Below, in pieces: positions 36,301-48,969 of a stretch of DNA of 64,000 nucleotides. Under the pieces are notes generated by a model. It was not told the DNA's origin. It saw nothing but the letters and a program-made list of their open reading frames with translations, and searched no databases. The stretch covers positions 2,802,419 to 2,866,418 of the forward strand of contig MU058198.1 of NCBI GenBank assembly GCA_013265495.1, in the 5' to 3' direction. The DNA comes from Vicugna vicugna. Lineage: Eukaryota. A program made the position numbers and the translations under genes. Within the stretch, counting starts at the first letter, position 1, and every line of letters starts with the position of its first letter.

Positions 36301-36474
36301 ATTATAGAGCAGGCCTGAGCGAAAACCCCAAGATCTTCAACCTTTTTTAAAATTTAAGCCAAGAGCGCAAAAGGAGCCCTTTTATACCAGCTGTGGTCTT
36401 GCTCAGGTTGAAGGCGAAGCTTTGGAGTCTCAACCGTATTTCGATTAGTGACCCCTCGAAAAAACTGGATAAAG

Positions 36475-36680
36475 ATAGCTAACGTATATTGAATAGTTAC
36501 TACGAAGTGTTTTCCAAACCCAGTCTTTGGTTCTTAAACTTCTAGGGTAGGTACAGTTATTAAAATCCTGGGTTTACAGATAAGGATACCAAGACATTTA
36601 AAAGCTTGTGTGGGGTTATAAAGAGAGTCAGGGGCCCACATGGAACTTGAATTCAGGCCATTTGAATGCAGAGCGCAGTT
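36475..36680 (-). mobile_element. MIR fragment
   Basis: gtaggtacagttatt..tttacagataaggataccaagac..ttgaattcaggcc. Confidence 0.55.
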
Positions 36681-36849
36681 TATAACCCCTGGGGGTTACT
36701 GCCCGATGCTGACCCTCCCAGATATATACCGTACACAAAAAGCAGCATTTTCAGACAATTTCAGGGGCCCCTTGGGCTTATTGGGAATGCCCAATACGCG
36801 TGTGGTGGCAGCAATAATCGAGGACTGGGGGGTTTGGCCGTAGCCACAA

Positions 36850-37560
36850 CCTGAATACTTCTCACCCTCTCTCGCCAAGCCACTGTCGTCTCTTTTGTGA
36901 ATGACTGTCCATGGCTTTCTAGCTAATTCTTGCTTCTGCCCGTTGCTCTCTTCCGTCTGTCCCCAGCACTGCAGCCCATGAGATCTGCTAAAACATACAT
37001 CGGGTTAGGTTACTCCCCTGCTTCTCATTTCATTCAGAATAAACGTCGAAGTCCTTCTGTGACCTTCCAGGTCCCACACCCCAGCCCCTTCAGCTTTGTC
37101 TCTCTGACCTCCTCTCCTGCTCTTGTGTTCCCGCAACTCGGCGTCCTCGCTGTCCCTAGCACACATCAGGTGCAGAGCCACCTGGGGGACCGTGCACCTG
37201 TGTTTGCCCTACCTGGACCGCTTTCTCCTTTGAGAGCCTCGTGCCCTGCTCCCTCACTTGCTATAAAACTCTGCTCAAACACCTCTTCTGAGTGAAGCCT
37301 TCCCACTCTTTTACACTCTTTGTAAAACATTAACCTCTCTGACCCTTCGTCATCCCTGTCCCCTGCTTTAATTTTTTTCTCCTCAGCACTTATATTCTCT
37401 AACATCTGGTTTTGCTTATTCATCTTGTTTATTGTCCATCTCCCCACAACAGCTCAAGCTCCATGAAGGCAGGGGTTTTTTCTCTCTTGTTCAGTCTACC
37501 TCTGGACTCTGGAACAGTGCCTAGAGCATAGCAGATGCTCAATAAATCTTTGATGAATGA
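36850..37560 (+). mobile_element. L2 LINE 3' region
   Basis: ctgctcaaacacctcttctgagtgaagccttccc..aagctccatgaaggcaggggtttt..ggaacagtgcctagagcatagcagatgctcaataaatctttgatgaatga. Confidence 0.88.
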
Positions 37561-38164
37561 GGGAATCGGGTGCAAATATCTTTCCACCCACCGGGGTCTG
37601 GGGTTTGGAGGCAAAGGCTTTCACACTGAGAGCAGCCACTGTCTGGCAACACCTCCTGGGCTAGAAATCTGTGTGGCTCAGACTCTGATGCTGGCCGGGA
37701 CCAAGATTCATTTCTTTGAGGGAAGCTCACCTGGGCGGTGCAGACAGAGACAGGCGTGGAATGGCCCTGCGGGGAACTGACCAGGCATACAAACATTTCG
37801 TTGGGTACCAACGATTACAGATGGTGCCTGTGCTTCTGCAGACAGACTGTTTATTGTTGAGGGAAACGAGATCTGTGTGCTGCAGCTACCCCAAGAGCCG
37901 CTAGTACAGCAGACTCTCTGAGATGAACGTTTCAGAATTTGGCTTGTAAATCTCCTCTCTACCCAGAAATGGGACAGTCTTGTGATTTGTCAACAGAGTA
38001 TTAGGATGTCAAATGGCAGCCCTGGAGATAAACCCAAGTGAAAGACTATTTAATAATCCACCCTTCACATCTCTTATCGACCTTAAAGATGATTAGTCCG
38101 GACATTTCCCGGGAGATAAGTTCCCCCTTAAACTCATTCTAATTTTTGTTGTCATTTACCCTGA

Positions 38165-38505
38165 GCTTTATCTCCTGTGCCAAATACAGCCAATGCTGCT
38201 CTTGGGCAATATTTGGCTCAAAGAAGTTTTGTTTGGCTCACTTGGTATTTTGAGAAAAAAAAATTTTTATTGGGTGCCAACCTAAAAATAAAAACTAGTG
38301 AAAAATTTAATTTCTTGCTTGTCTTGAAAATGGGAAAACTGGGCAAAAGTGGACCCATATTCCTGCTTGCTAACAATCAGCTGGAAAGAAATGATCTCCT
38401 CTTCAGACGAGGTGTGCAGCCTAGGGCTCCCCACAAGCGCCTCTCCCCCCTGCCCCAGCCCATTGCACTCACGTGTTAACCTGCCTGACTCACGTAAGTG
38501 CCTGA
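38165..38505. mobile_element. hAT-Charlie (MER102-like) remnant
   Basis: gtgccaaatac..gttttgtttggctcacttggtatttt..tgggtgccaacctaaaaat..ttcttgcttgtcttgaaaatgggaaaactgggcaa. Confidence 0.5.
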
Positions 38506-38764
38506 ATTGGGCATCCCGCACTGGGTGGTGGGCTGCATTTTTGAGAATGGAGAGAGGAGGGGGCAGCTCTAGACCCCAGAATATAGGATGCTCCCAAACT
38601 TCATCCCAAAGAATCCAAAACAAGGACTTATTAGGCAGTCTGTTTCCCTGCCTAGGGCCTGACTGCTGGTTTATAAGAGGCAAAATGAAAAGGTGTTATT
38701 TATATAATGACTTCCAGATTTTTAGCCACCAATAAGGAAAAACCCAAACAAAATGAGCCCTTGA

Positions 38765-38965
38765 GCAGGAGGCCTGGTGTCAGATCGACCACCCTTCAGC
38801 TGTGTGACCATGCACAAGTTACTTAAGCTCCCTATGCCTCAGTTTCCTCATCTGTACAGTGATGATAACAGGAGTTCCAACCCCACTGGGTAAGAGTTGA
38901 GGCGTAAGTGATTTATGTAAAGCACTCAGAAAAGGACCGGGCCCATAAATAGTGGTCAAACAAGG
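38765..38965 (+). mobile_element. MIR SINE
   Basis: agctgtgtgaccatgcacaagttacttaagctccctatgcctcagtttcctcatctgtaca..atgtaaagcactcagaa. Confidence 0.88.
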
Positions 38966-39363
38966 GTTTGCTGGAGTAGGGATCCTGTGGTATCATGAAA
39001 ATGCTTGAACTCTGAATTAGCAGAGCTAATTTCAAACCCTGGCTTCTCCACTCCTAGGGAAAACAATGCCTCTTCTCTGAGCCTGGGCTTCAGAACCTGC
39101 AGAAGCAGAATCCATCTTGTAGGTTATTGAATGGGGGTGGTGGAGACAAGTGAAACCAAGAATGTTTAAAACATCAAGTTCAAAATGTGTCAGCTTTTGC
39201 ACAGCAAAGGAAACCATAAACAAAACAAAAAGACAACCTATGGAATGGGAGAAAATATTTGCAAACGATGTGACTGACAAAGGCTTAATTTCCAGAATAT
39301 ACAAACAGCTCATGCAACTCGATAACAACAAAAAAAAAATCCAATGAAAAAATGGGCAGAAGA

Positions 39364-39445
39364 GGGAGGGAAATAGCTCAGTGGAAGAGCACATGCTTAG
39401 TATGCACGGGGTCCTGGGTTCAATTCTTAGCACCTCCATTAAAGA
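39364..39445 (+). mobile_element. Camelid Vic-1-like SINE nested in L1 ORF2
   Basis: gggagggaaatagctcagtggaagagcacatgcttagtatgcacggggtcctgggttcaattc; TSD aaaaa(a/t)tgggcagaaga at 39347-39363 and 39446-39462. Confidence 0.92.
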
Positions 39446-39902
39446 AAAAATTGGGCAGAAGACCTAAATAGACATTTTTCCAAAGAAGACATCCAGATGG
39501 ACAATAAGCACATGAAAAGATGCTCAATAGCACTAATTATCAGAGAAATGCAAATCAAAACTACAATGAGGTATCACCTCACACCGGTCAGAATGGCCAT
39601 CATTAAAAAGTCCACAAACAATAAATGCTGGAGAGGGTGCAGAGAAAAAGGAACCCTCCTACACTGCTGGTGGGAATGTAATTTGATGAAGCCACTATGG
39701 AAAACAGTATGGAGATTCCTTTAAAAACTAAAAACAGACTTACCGTATGATCCAGCAATCCCACTCCTGGGCATGTATCTGGAGAAAACTCTAATTTGAG
39801 AAGATACATGCACCTCAGTGTTCACAGCAGCACTGTTTACAATAGCCAAGACATGGAAGCAACCTAATGTTGACCAACAGATGACTGGATAAAGAAAATG
39901 TG

Positions 39903-40076
39903 GTGTGTATATATGTGTGTGTGTATATATATATATATATATACACATATATACATATATGTATACGTATACATATATACACATATATGTATACGTATAT
40001 ATATGTATACGTATACATATATGTATACATATACATATATACATATATACATATATATATATACACACACACACAC
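39903..40076. repeat. Complex (TA/CA/TG)n microsatellite inside the L1
   Basis: ~170 bp of alternating purine-pyrimidine sequence. Confidence 0.95.
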
Positions 40077-40859
40077 AATGGAATACTACTCATCCATAAA
40101 AAAGAATGAAATAATACCACTTGCAGCAACATGGATGGACCTGGATATTATCGTACTAAGTGAAGTAAGTCGGACAGAGAAAGACAAATATCATATGCTA
40201 TCGCTGTTGTGTGGAATCTAAAAAATGATACAAATGAACTTATTTCCAAAACAGAAACAGACTCACAGACACAGAAAAAAGACACTTATGATTACCAAAG
40301 AGGAACAGGGGGACAGGATTAATTAGGAGCATGGGATTAGCAAATACAAATGACTATATATAAAACAACAAGGTCCCACTGTATAGCACAGGGAACCATA
40401 CTCAGTATCTTATAACAATCTAATAAAAAAGAGTGTTTGTTTGTTTGTTTGTTTGTAACTGAATCACGTTGCTGTATGCTAGAAACTAACACAACATTGT
40501 GAATAAACTCTACTTCAAGGCAAAAAACCCCATCAAGTTCAAAGCCTGTCACATGGTAGGCATTTAAATGTCCATTAAGTCTTACCTCACTTTTAATGCC
40601 TAGTTTCTTGGACCATTTTCCCTTGATTTCAACTTACATCCAACTAAAACTTTTGGATGACAGATGAGCTAGACTAGAAGAGCAGGAGTGACAGGAGATG
40701 GCTTTTTCTTCCTGGTACAGGTCATTTTGAGTTCACACTCACTCCCTTTGTTCTCTAAATTTTGTAAATGACCATCCTGGGATGTTCTGAACAGGTATTT
40801 CAGAGTCTAGCTGGATTAAGCCATGTCTGCTCTAGTGATCTATGACCACATAAAATCTA

Positions 40860-41370
40860 TGCATGTCAGTTTGCTTTTGCTCTGTAACAAATGGCTCCAA
40901 AGCTTCGTGGTTTAAAGCAACAGTCATTTATTAAGCTCAATAACTCTGGCGATTTGGCCTGAGCTCACCTGGACCATTCTTCTGGGCTGGGCCAGGCTCA
41001 CCTGAACTTGGCTGGACTCATGCATCTGTGGCCAAAAATTGGGTTGACTGGGCTGCCTGGTAGATGATGGTTTGATCTAGGACACCTGAGATGATGGGAG
41101 CCCCATCACCACATGGTCTCCAGTCCTCCAGCAGGTGAGCCTGGGAGCACTCAGTGGTGGCCACAAGATTCCAGGAGCAACAAGAGGGCCAGCCTTGGTG
41201 CACCAGAACTTTTCATGAGCTTTTCTGTGTGGTTCACATTTGCTACTATTGTTTCGGCCAAAGGAAGTCATGTGGCCAAATCTGGAGTCGTTGTGGGAGG
41301 GTTCTACCAAAGGGGGTTAATACAGGAAAGGGAGTTATTGGAGCCATTTTTGCAAACAGTGAATCCCACC
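40860..41370 (-). mobile_element. MLT1 (MaLR) LTR
   Basis: gtcagtttgcttttgctctgtaacaaa..gtggtttaaagcaacagtcatttatt..ttggctggactcatgcatctgtgg..ggccaaaggaagtcatgtggccaa..gccatttttgcaaacagtgaatcccacc. Confidence 0.85.
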
Positions 41371-42179
41371 GCAACCATAAGCCAACCTGGAAAACCACTC
41401 CCTTGGCTTCTAATAAGTGGAAAATCTAGAAGGGGGAGTAACCCTCCCTCACTTCCAGTCTCCATGTTCTTGGACTTGCTGGGAAGTTGTGCCTTGGCCG
41501 CTGCACCAACCAGCCTCCAGTGGGGCCCCTGCTCTGCTCTCCTCAAGCCTGGTTCCCAGTGATGCTCATTCAAGCCCCCGATCCAGGCTCCCCCGCATGG
41601 CCTGCCTTGGCCAGAAGAGCTCAGGCAGTGGGGCCGTATGGCTGTGAGTCTGTGCCTCTTGAATGCCAAACCCTGCCCAGGCCATATGCTGTCTGGGAAA
41701 AGGCATTATTCACTGTGAACATCACTGCTGAGAACTGGCAGAGGCAGCTGCTGGGGCTGGCACCTGTCACAGTCAGGACAAGTACTGGCACCTGCTGTAC
41801 CCACGGGCCCCAGGGAGCTGAACCAGCTGGGCTGATGACAGAGTGCCTGGTTCTCCTTAGCTCTCTGGATCCTACGTCCCTGGGCCACCAGCACCAAAGG
41901 AGCCTAGTGTTCTGAGCCCCTGAGATCCTCAGAAGATACTCATCAGGGTCTACACCCTGAGAATTTGCCAGTATCTGGACAATCTGGGACGTGCCCAATC
42001 CTTCTACCCTGTGGGGAGACAATGTGGACTGCCTCCCTCTGTGTGGCTCCCCCAGGGCTGGGCAGATGCAGTGGGCGGGACTCTTACCTGCAGCTGCAGT
42101 GTGAGGGTTAACACCAAACATGAACAAGAAAGGGTGTTGGAGGCCAAGGATGCAGAAACACGGTGCGAGTGGGACATTG

Positions 42180-42400
42180 TCACAGCAGCCGACATGGACA
42201 GAGCACTTACTATGTGCCGGACACCATGCTGAGCGTGACCCTGCAGGTCGGTATTACTGTTGTCACTATTTTAAAGAAGGGGATCTGAGACACCAGAAGA
42301 TGTAGTCACTGTGCTGGTCCAGCCCGCAGTAAGTGGAGGGGATGCTGATCAAGCCCTAGCCTGTCTGTCTGACTCTGGGGTCCCTGCCCTTAGTCACTAC
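42180..42400 (-). mobile_element. MIR SINE
   Basis: gagcacttactatgtgccggacaccatgctgagc..tattttaaagaaggggatctgagacaccaga..tgtctgactctggg. Confidence 0.7.
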
Positions 42401-43429
42401 ACCTGGATGCCAAAGACGGGGAGCATGGCCATGAGTGGCTGGAACTGGGGGCTCAGAAAGATGAAAGCAGAAAAGGGGGACGAGTGGACCCAGAAGAGTG
42501 GCTGCTTGCTGTGGTTGGCTCCTCACAAAGCAGATCCCTTTTAAGGGGCTGAGGCTCTGGAGCTTTGGCCTGAGTGTTTAGGTGTGTGTTGAGGGTAAAA
42601 TGCAGCCACCATGGGTCACTTAGTCTTCCAGCAGCACCCCATCCCCAGTTGGGTCCTGACTACCGATTTCGACAACTCAAGCCCAGGTCCTCTGCCTGAG
42701 CCTGTGACTTCCGGCTTCTGTAGACTTCCAGGACTCTATATCTTGTTGAAAGTTGGGGCGAGGAGGAAGGCAGTGTATGACTGCATTCCTCTCTTCCCTT
42801 CCCAAGTTCAGAACCAACTGAGTCAAGAGTCAGACAAATGGCAATCAAAATGCCAGCTCTGTCACTGATGAAGTTGGCTGAGAATGTGGTCAAAAGATCA
42901 TGGTAACCGTCCTGCGGAGTCAGACTCACCACTTGGTCACCAGCATAGCTGGGACTGTGAGTGCTCCCCAAAGGCTGTTCCTCGGCATTGATGGTTCCAA
43001 AGAGTGGGCAATGCCCTTATTTGGGGATACCTGGTTCCGGCAGGGCTCGGGGAGGGCTGCTGACCACAGTAATGATTGGGTACTTCTTTCAAACTCGCCA
43101 GCTACTTGAGTCAATGTGAGGGGTGACTGCAGGGTGGCAAGAGAGACCAGGAGTGTTATTCTAGCTGAAGTCTTTCCACATGGTTATAAGTGGGCTGGGG
43201 AATAGAGGTCCCTTCTGACACACCCATTGGCCAGTTGACTAGGTGCACAAGGGGAGGGTGCATGTCCCTTCGTGTTGGGCTGGGAGAGTCTCACTTGGAC
43301 AGAGGAGAGGAATCTGAAGCAGTCATGACTTACCCTGAGGAGGGTGCAGGCCAGTATCAGCTTGGATTTCATTCCAGACTTAAAGGTTCCAGGCCATCAG
43401 ATGGTCGTGCAGAGTGTCCATGAGGTAGT

Positions 43430-44700
43430 GTTTCACTCTGCATTTATTTAGCATCTTATATGTGCTGGCCACTGTCTATGTAGCTATGAGGAGGAACAGG
43501 GCAATCTCTGCGCTCAAGGAACTGCTGTCTAAACAAGTAAGATGGTGCCATGTAATTCATGCAACAATGCAGATATAAACAAGGCAGGCAGGCAGCAGGG
43601 AGAAGCAAAGGATGAAATCTATCTTGCATACAGGATTGCAAGGGGCTTCTCAGAGAAGGTGATGCTGACGCTGACTTCTGAAGCATGAGCAGGAGTTCAC
43701 CCAGAAGACAATGCTAGGATGCCCATTCTGGACACAGACGTGTGAAACTGCACAAAATGCCAGGGGAATAGTAAATATACCCTCGAGTTTCCAAAGTCAA
43801 GGTGCATGAAACAGGGTACCTAAGAGACTTCACCAAGTGCCAGATTATGAAAGGCTGAGTGCACCACTGAATGACATTTCACATCTCTTTACACATTATG
43901 ATTTCTTAAACTTCTGTCATTCATGACACCCCTTCCTGATTTGCTTCATATTAGGAACTTGGGTTTTCTAATTACTTAGAAAGTAACATTTTTATCACTA
44001 ATAATTGGAAAACTGGTGTCTTTTGTCAATGAAATAAATACAACAGACACAAAATGATGATCTTCAATTCTGATTAGACACTGTTGCCTGCTGAAAGCTC
44101 AGAGCCTAAGACCTGCTCTCTGTTTGATAAAAATGGAAAATATCATGTTAGAGACATGCTAACACCAACTTAGACCTTGTCCTTGACTAAGCAGGAGAGA
44201 TTAGAAAGGGTTAGCCTTTGGTCTGTGATGCAATGTTAAGTATTGCTGAGCCCAAGGACCACCTGAATCACCCCTTCCTGTAGAAGACCCGTAAGCATGG
44301 GGAACCCCTGAAAGATATTAAGCAGGAGCATAACATGATCAAACAAGAGAAATAAGTAAATTATAGAGTATATTAGAAGGTGGTAAGTGAGGCAGAGAAA
44401 AATAAAACAAGAAATGAGGATAAGTTGTGCTGGCGGAGTAGGGGGGAGGGCTGTTGCATTTGTAAGTAAAGTGGTCAGGGATGTCTTCCTTGAGAAGGTG
44501 CGTTTGAGTGCAGACTTGAAGAAGGTAAGAGAGGTATAGTGCTCTGAGGGAAGAGCCTTCCATGCAGAGAGAACAGGATGTGCAAAGGCCCTGAAGTGGG
44601 CATGTGCCTCACATGCTCAACTGCAAAATGACCGGTGAGGCTGGTGTGAAGTGAGGAAGTGGGAAATGGTGGGAGATGAAGTCAGAGAAGGAAGGGGCAG
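43430..44700 (-). mobile_element. L2 fragments (about 43430-43870 and 44290-44700) flanking a hAT remnant
   Basis: catttatttagcatcttatatgtgctggcc; gtggtcagggatgtcttccttgagaaggtgcgtttgagtgcagacttgaag..ccatgcagagagaacaggatgtgcaaaggccctga. Confidence 0.7.
43880..44280. mobile_element. hAT-Charlie-type remnant, related to 6430-6957
   Basis: Shared motifs tttatcact, gttgcctg and tgttagagacatg. Confidence 0.5.
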
Positions 44701-45129
44701 GGTGCAGAAGGTCTTCTGGCATTTGCCTAAAGCCCTATTTATATATTCCTGCGACAGTCTTAGGGGGGAATCTGTGAAAAAATCAGTCAGCCATTTTGTG
44801 CTTCGTTTTCACAAGCCGAGCACCCACCTTTCTCAGCCAGTGCCAGGACCATCTAGTCAGGCTGTCTGGGCTCTGGCTACACACTCAGGCTCTGCTTTTT
44901 GAGCAAATAACCAGTTTGACTGGTCCCTCTCTGGATTCCAACAGACTCCAACAAGAGTCTCGGTGACTTATAGACTTAGGAGCCTTCACGTGCCTAATCC
45001 CCTGCAGGGCGGGGCTGTCATATGGAGAGTTCTGTCCTCGAAACTGTTGCTGAGCTCCCTGGGGGAAGGTAATTGAGCTCCTTGTGTGGAATATATTCTT
45101 GCCAGACGTCCTACGCATCCCGCGCCATG

Positions 45130-45410
45130 CCCTTGGAGGGATGAAGGCAGATGGTGGATGGAGGCAGGGGGCTGTGCACCCTCTGCTGTGTTAGTAACCC
45201 AGTTGGATATCCACCCCGGGGATCTGCCATTGAGTGCACACGGCCCTATGAGCTGGCCCGATTTTACGTGAGACTAACTGCCCAAGGTGTGGCAGGGGAA
45301 GGAGAGGAACTCGGAGCTAATGAGCTGAGTTCGTGGCAGCATTCATGCGGCTGCGCACCCCGCAGGCATCACCATCCATCAGTCTGTCAGCCTCTCTGGG
45401 GGCCGCTGGA
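45130..45410. mobile_element. Probable ERVL LTR (LTR16/LTR33-like) remnant
   Basis: ctgtgttagtaacccagttggatatccacccc..ctgcccaaggtgtggcagggg..agctaatgagctgagt. Confidence 0.4.
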
Positions 45411-45839
45411 GTGTAAATTAATCTGGAGTTAGGAATGCCACAGCCGAATCCTTCCTCCAAATATGTTTGAGTCTGAAATCTTTCCCTGGGCTGCCAGAGT
45501 GGGTAAGGCAGCCACTGTCATCTTCTGCCACCAAGGCCTGGGGATTTTCCATGGCCAAGCACCCCAGACAGGGCTCAGGGGCTGCTGGCCTGGGAGAGAG
45601 CCCCTGATTGCCAGCCATAGACTGGATCAGTCAGGGTGAGAGAGTACAAGGAACCCTCCAGCCCCACAAGGTGCCATACTGCATAGAGCCCACCTCTGGG
45701 ACTATTTAAGGACATTCCTCCAACCTAGGTATTAAAGAGTAATTAAATGAATAAGGAAAGGCTCAGATTTGCAAAGTCTTCTATCTTGATTTGTCTTTTT
45801 TCCAAAAAAGGTGTGGGAAGAGCTTTGATATCAGCAAGT

Positions 45840-46380
45840 GTAGAGAACACCTATTGGTTTTGCTTGCCCAGCATCCATTCCCTTATTTCACTGACACCAG
45901 ACCTTGATTTAACTTTGGAGAATCTCCTTTGTGCCGTGTGGTCCTGAAGGAGGAGTATATAAGACTGTACCCTGTCCACGGAGGTGGGCACATGACCCAA
46001 GCTGGCCAATCAGGGAACTCTACCCCTTGGCCATTATGATTTTTCACAGATGGCATGTGACTCAAACTGGGCCAATCAAAATGTCCCTAAGATACAATAT
46101 ATGGTCTCTGGTAGAAATAAGTCTCTCTTCCTATGAGATCTTAAGGCGGGCTAATGGATATCTCTGCCAGTCACATGGAGGGGGCTGTCTGCAACATGCA
46201 GCCAACATACCAAGGACAGCAGAGCCAAGTGATGGAGACAGAGAGCCCCGATGACACACTTGAGCCCCTAGATCCAGATGGGCCTGAGACTAGATGAGTC
46301 ACTGGACTCCCAAATTATGTGCAACAATAAATTCTCTTATCATTTGAGCTAGTTTGAGCTGAGTTTTTGTCTGCAACCAA
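45840..46380 (+). mobile_element. MLT1/ERVL-type LTR
   Basis: gggcacatgacccaagctggccaatcag..ggcatgtgactcaaactgggccaatca..aataaattctcttatcatttgagctagtttgagctgagtttttgtctgcaacc. Confidence 0.75.
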
Positions 46381-46384
46381 GGGA

Positions 46385-46565
46385 CAGACCTCAGTTCAAA
46401 TCCCAGCTCTACATCTACTAATTCTGTGAACTTGGGACAGAATATACCTGGTCTAAACTCAATTTGCTCATCTGTAAAATAGAAATAAGAAAGCAGGTCC
46501 TTTGTAGAGCTGTTGGGAGGCGCAGATGTGAGTGCTCCTGACACCGTCTTGGCATTAACATGTGC
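46385..46565 (+). mobile_element. MIR SINE
   Basis: cagacctcagttcaaatcccagctctacatctactaattctgtgaacttggg..ctcaatttgctcatctgtaaaata. Confidence 0.85.
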
Positions 46566-46794
46566 TCAGGGCAGTTCTGGTTCCTTTCCTTCCCTGATGC
46601 AGTAGGGTCCCTGAGAGGACACTCTCCTTCCTGGTGGGCAGTGCAGACATCAGTGCTGTCAGGAGACATGGCGGGATCCACGTGAACACGGCCAGCTCCA
46701 AGGGCTGCTCTCAGGCATTGCTCCTGTACGAGCTGTGTCCCTGTCCTCTGTGTCCCTCAGTTACCAGCCCCCTCCATGCCCTAAAGAGAGGACC

Positions 46795-46883
46795 AGAATG
46801 CATGTCCAATTGTGCTGTACACCAGAAATTGACACATTGTAACTGACTATACTTCAATTTAAAAAAAAAAAAGAATGCATATC
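46795..46883 (+). mobile_element. Extremely 5'-truncated young L1 3' end (~65 bp) with TSD
   Basis: tgtgctgtacaccagaaattgacacattgtaactgactatacttcaattt plus A tail; TSD agaatgcat(g/a)tc at 46795-46806 and 46872-46883. Confidence 0.88.
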
Positions 46884-48549
46884 TGGCCACGTCAGAATGG
46901 TAAGAATCAAGTTGAGAGAAAGCAGAGCTTGCTAGAAGCCAATGAGAGTAGGAATGAAGGTTTACACTGGGACAGCTGACCTCCATGGCAGAATCCTAAC
47001 CACTCACCTCATGTTCCAGGGACCTGAGGAAGCTGGAGAAGTCACTTCATAGCATCTCAGAAACTGATGCCTAAGGTTCTCGCCTTAATTTAGCAATTTG
47101 CAAGACCTGCAGTGGCAGGAACTGTGAGTCCTTGGCTGGTTTTTCTTCTCCCAACATCGTCTCAAGTTCTTGGTATTTAATTGGTCTTTAATAAACATCT
47201 GGTAAAAGAAAGAACATGCCAGTGGCCTAAGGTGCACAGGTTGCAAACTGGCAGCTGGGCTGTAGTGTCAAGGATCACATCTAATTGGGTCCTTTTCCTG
47301 TGTTTAGTGGCTGTTGATGTTGTTTAAAAAACCCTTGCCAACATTTTATAATTGAGAAATTTCACATGAAAATCTTTATTTCTGACTCCACTGCAAAAAA
47401 AACAGCATATGTGGGATTTCCAAAGAGAGTCTTGGGGATCAGCGAGGGAGGTGAACTCAGCTGTGTGAAGATTCCCAGACCAGAGCAACCATCCTGCTAA
47501 CCATATGCTCCATTTGGGGCAAATTCAGATCGCTTTCTAACGCTTGCAGAATACTATAAACTGCCAGGAGACACCAGCTTCCGAACACACTGACCACTTG
47601 TGTTCCTTTCTCTGAGAGTCACTGGATGAGAGAAAATGGTAGTACAGAAGCTCATGGAGTGTCTCCAGCCTCTCCGTCAGGGAAATGCTGCCTGAAACAT
47701 CAACCCAGCAGTGTGGAGGGCTTCACAGAGGAAACTTTAAAAAAGAAGAAGAAGAAGAAAAAAAAACTAACCCAATGGGCAAGGGTTGAAGGAATAGGAG
47801 CAATGTTGGCAGGACAAGAAAGTTCAAAGATAGAAGTCTTTGAAAAGCTGTTACATGGAAGAGCTGTTCATGGAAGGCCTGTCTGTGCCGTCGGTGACGG
47901 ATGGGAAATTCGAGGTGTCACAATTAGCACAATCCAAAAAAAAAAAAGAAAAATGAAATATGTTGTCTTGGGAAGTCTCTAGAATGGCCAGAATAACCGC
48001 TTAACTGTGTTTTTCTTTTTTGGCTTAAGGATGAAATATTAGATGATAGTTGAACTGTACATTCCCCTTCTGCTGAGGTTTGAGGTTAGCAATTAGTCAC
48101 ACCTCCTCTTCACTTCCTAATTCTAAAGTAAATTTTAAAAACGGATGCAGGTACGCATGTGGAAGTGAAAATATGATTTTCACTCATTTTCCTAGATTGA
48201 AAAATGGAACTTGAACCCAAGACCAAAAGCATTCCACAACTACCCAACACCGCTTGAACCTGACTTTGGGACTAGCCTGCAGGAAAAATCGGGGTCCCCA
48301 GCCAACCAGCCACAGAGAGAGTCTAGATCTGCCTCACCCTTTTTTGTGTCTGTTAGAGAAAAGCCAGAGGGGTGGCTTCCAGACTCATCTTCCAAAACCA
48401 CAGCTGGGGGGGTTCTGCCCCAGGTAGGGTAAGGGTCCCAATTCTAGACAAATCACGGAGCAGAGCAAAAGGGAGAAACACAGGGTCAGGAAAGCAGTTA
48501 GGTCATACTTGGTCCGAATGTTACCATACTGTTAATTAATTCCAACACC

Positions 48550-48790
48550 TAACACTGGCAGAGTGCTTGTTACATGTCAGGGACCGTTCTAAGGGCTTCA
48601 CATGATCCATCTCACTGTATTATCTCATTTAATCCTCGCAACAGCGACCCTCTGAAGTATTACTATTATCATCTCTGTTTTATAGATAAGAAACCTGAGA
48701 AGCAGAGGCATTAAGTAACTTGCCTCAGAACTCACTAGTAAAAGGTTGAGCTGAGCTTCAAACCCAGGTTCATCTGTCTCCAAACTGGAG
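48550..48790 (-). mobile_element. MIR SINE
   Basis: tattatctcatttaatcctcgcaacag..gttttatagataagaaacctgagaagcagaggcattaagtaacttgcc..ttcaaacccagg. Confidence 0.88.
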
Positions 48791-48969
48791 CTCCTGCCAA
48801 GACAGAAGGAAATGCAGAAACTTCATTCACCATACTTCTCCGAGAGGATACAAGTGTTGGCCGGAGTCTCCATCGCCCATCGGCCCCGCACTCTGTAATG
48901 GAAGATGCTTTACATCCTGTGTCTCCTCCCTGGATGCCCGGGCCCACAGTTTTACCGTCTAGGGCAGGT

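Larger units (their letters stand above)
39185..40530 (+). mobile_element. 5'-truncated L1 (ORF2 C-terminus plus 3' UTR) with 13-bp TSD, disrupted
   Basis: ORF relics SFCTAKETINKTKRQPMEWEKIFAN and [42 protein letters not shown] (ORF2p Cys-rich domain); TSD catcaagttcaaa at 39172-39184 and 40531-40543. Confidence 0.95.

Noticed and set aside
39150..39724. L1 ORF2 fragments as a functional CDS
   Set aside because: The element is 5'-truncated, interrupted by a SINE and broken by stops.
39721..40221. Overlapping Y/I/C/V-rich ORFs
   Set aside because: They are translations of the (TA/CA)n microsatellite.
6430..44280. Similarity between 6.5-6.9 kb and 43.9-44.3 kb as a segmental duplication
   Set aside because: The low, patchy identity is better explained by two independent copies of an old hAT-Charlie family.
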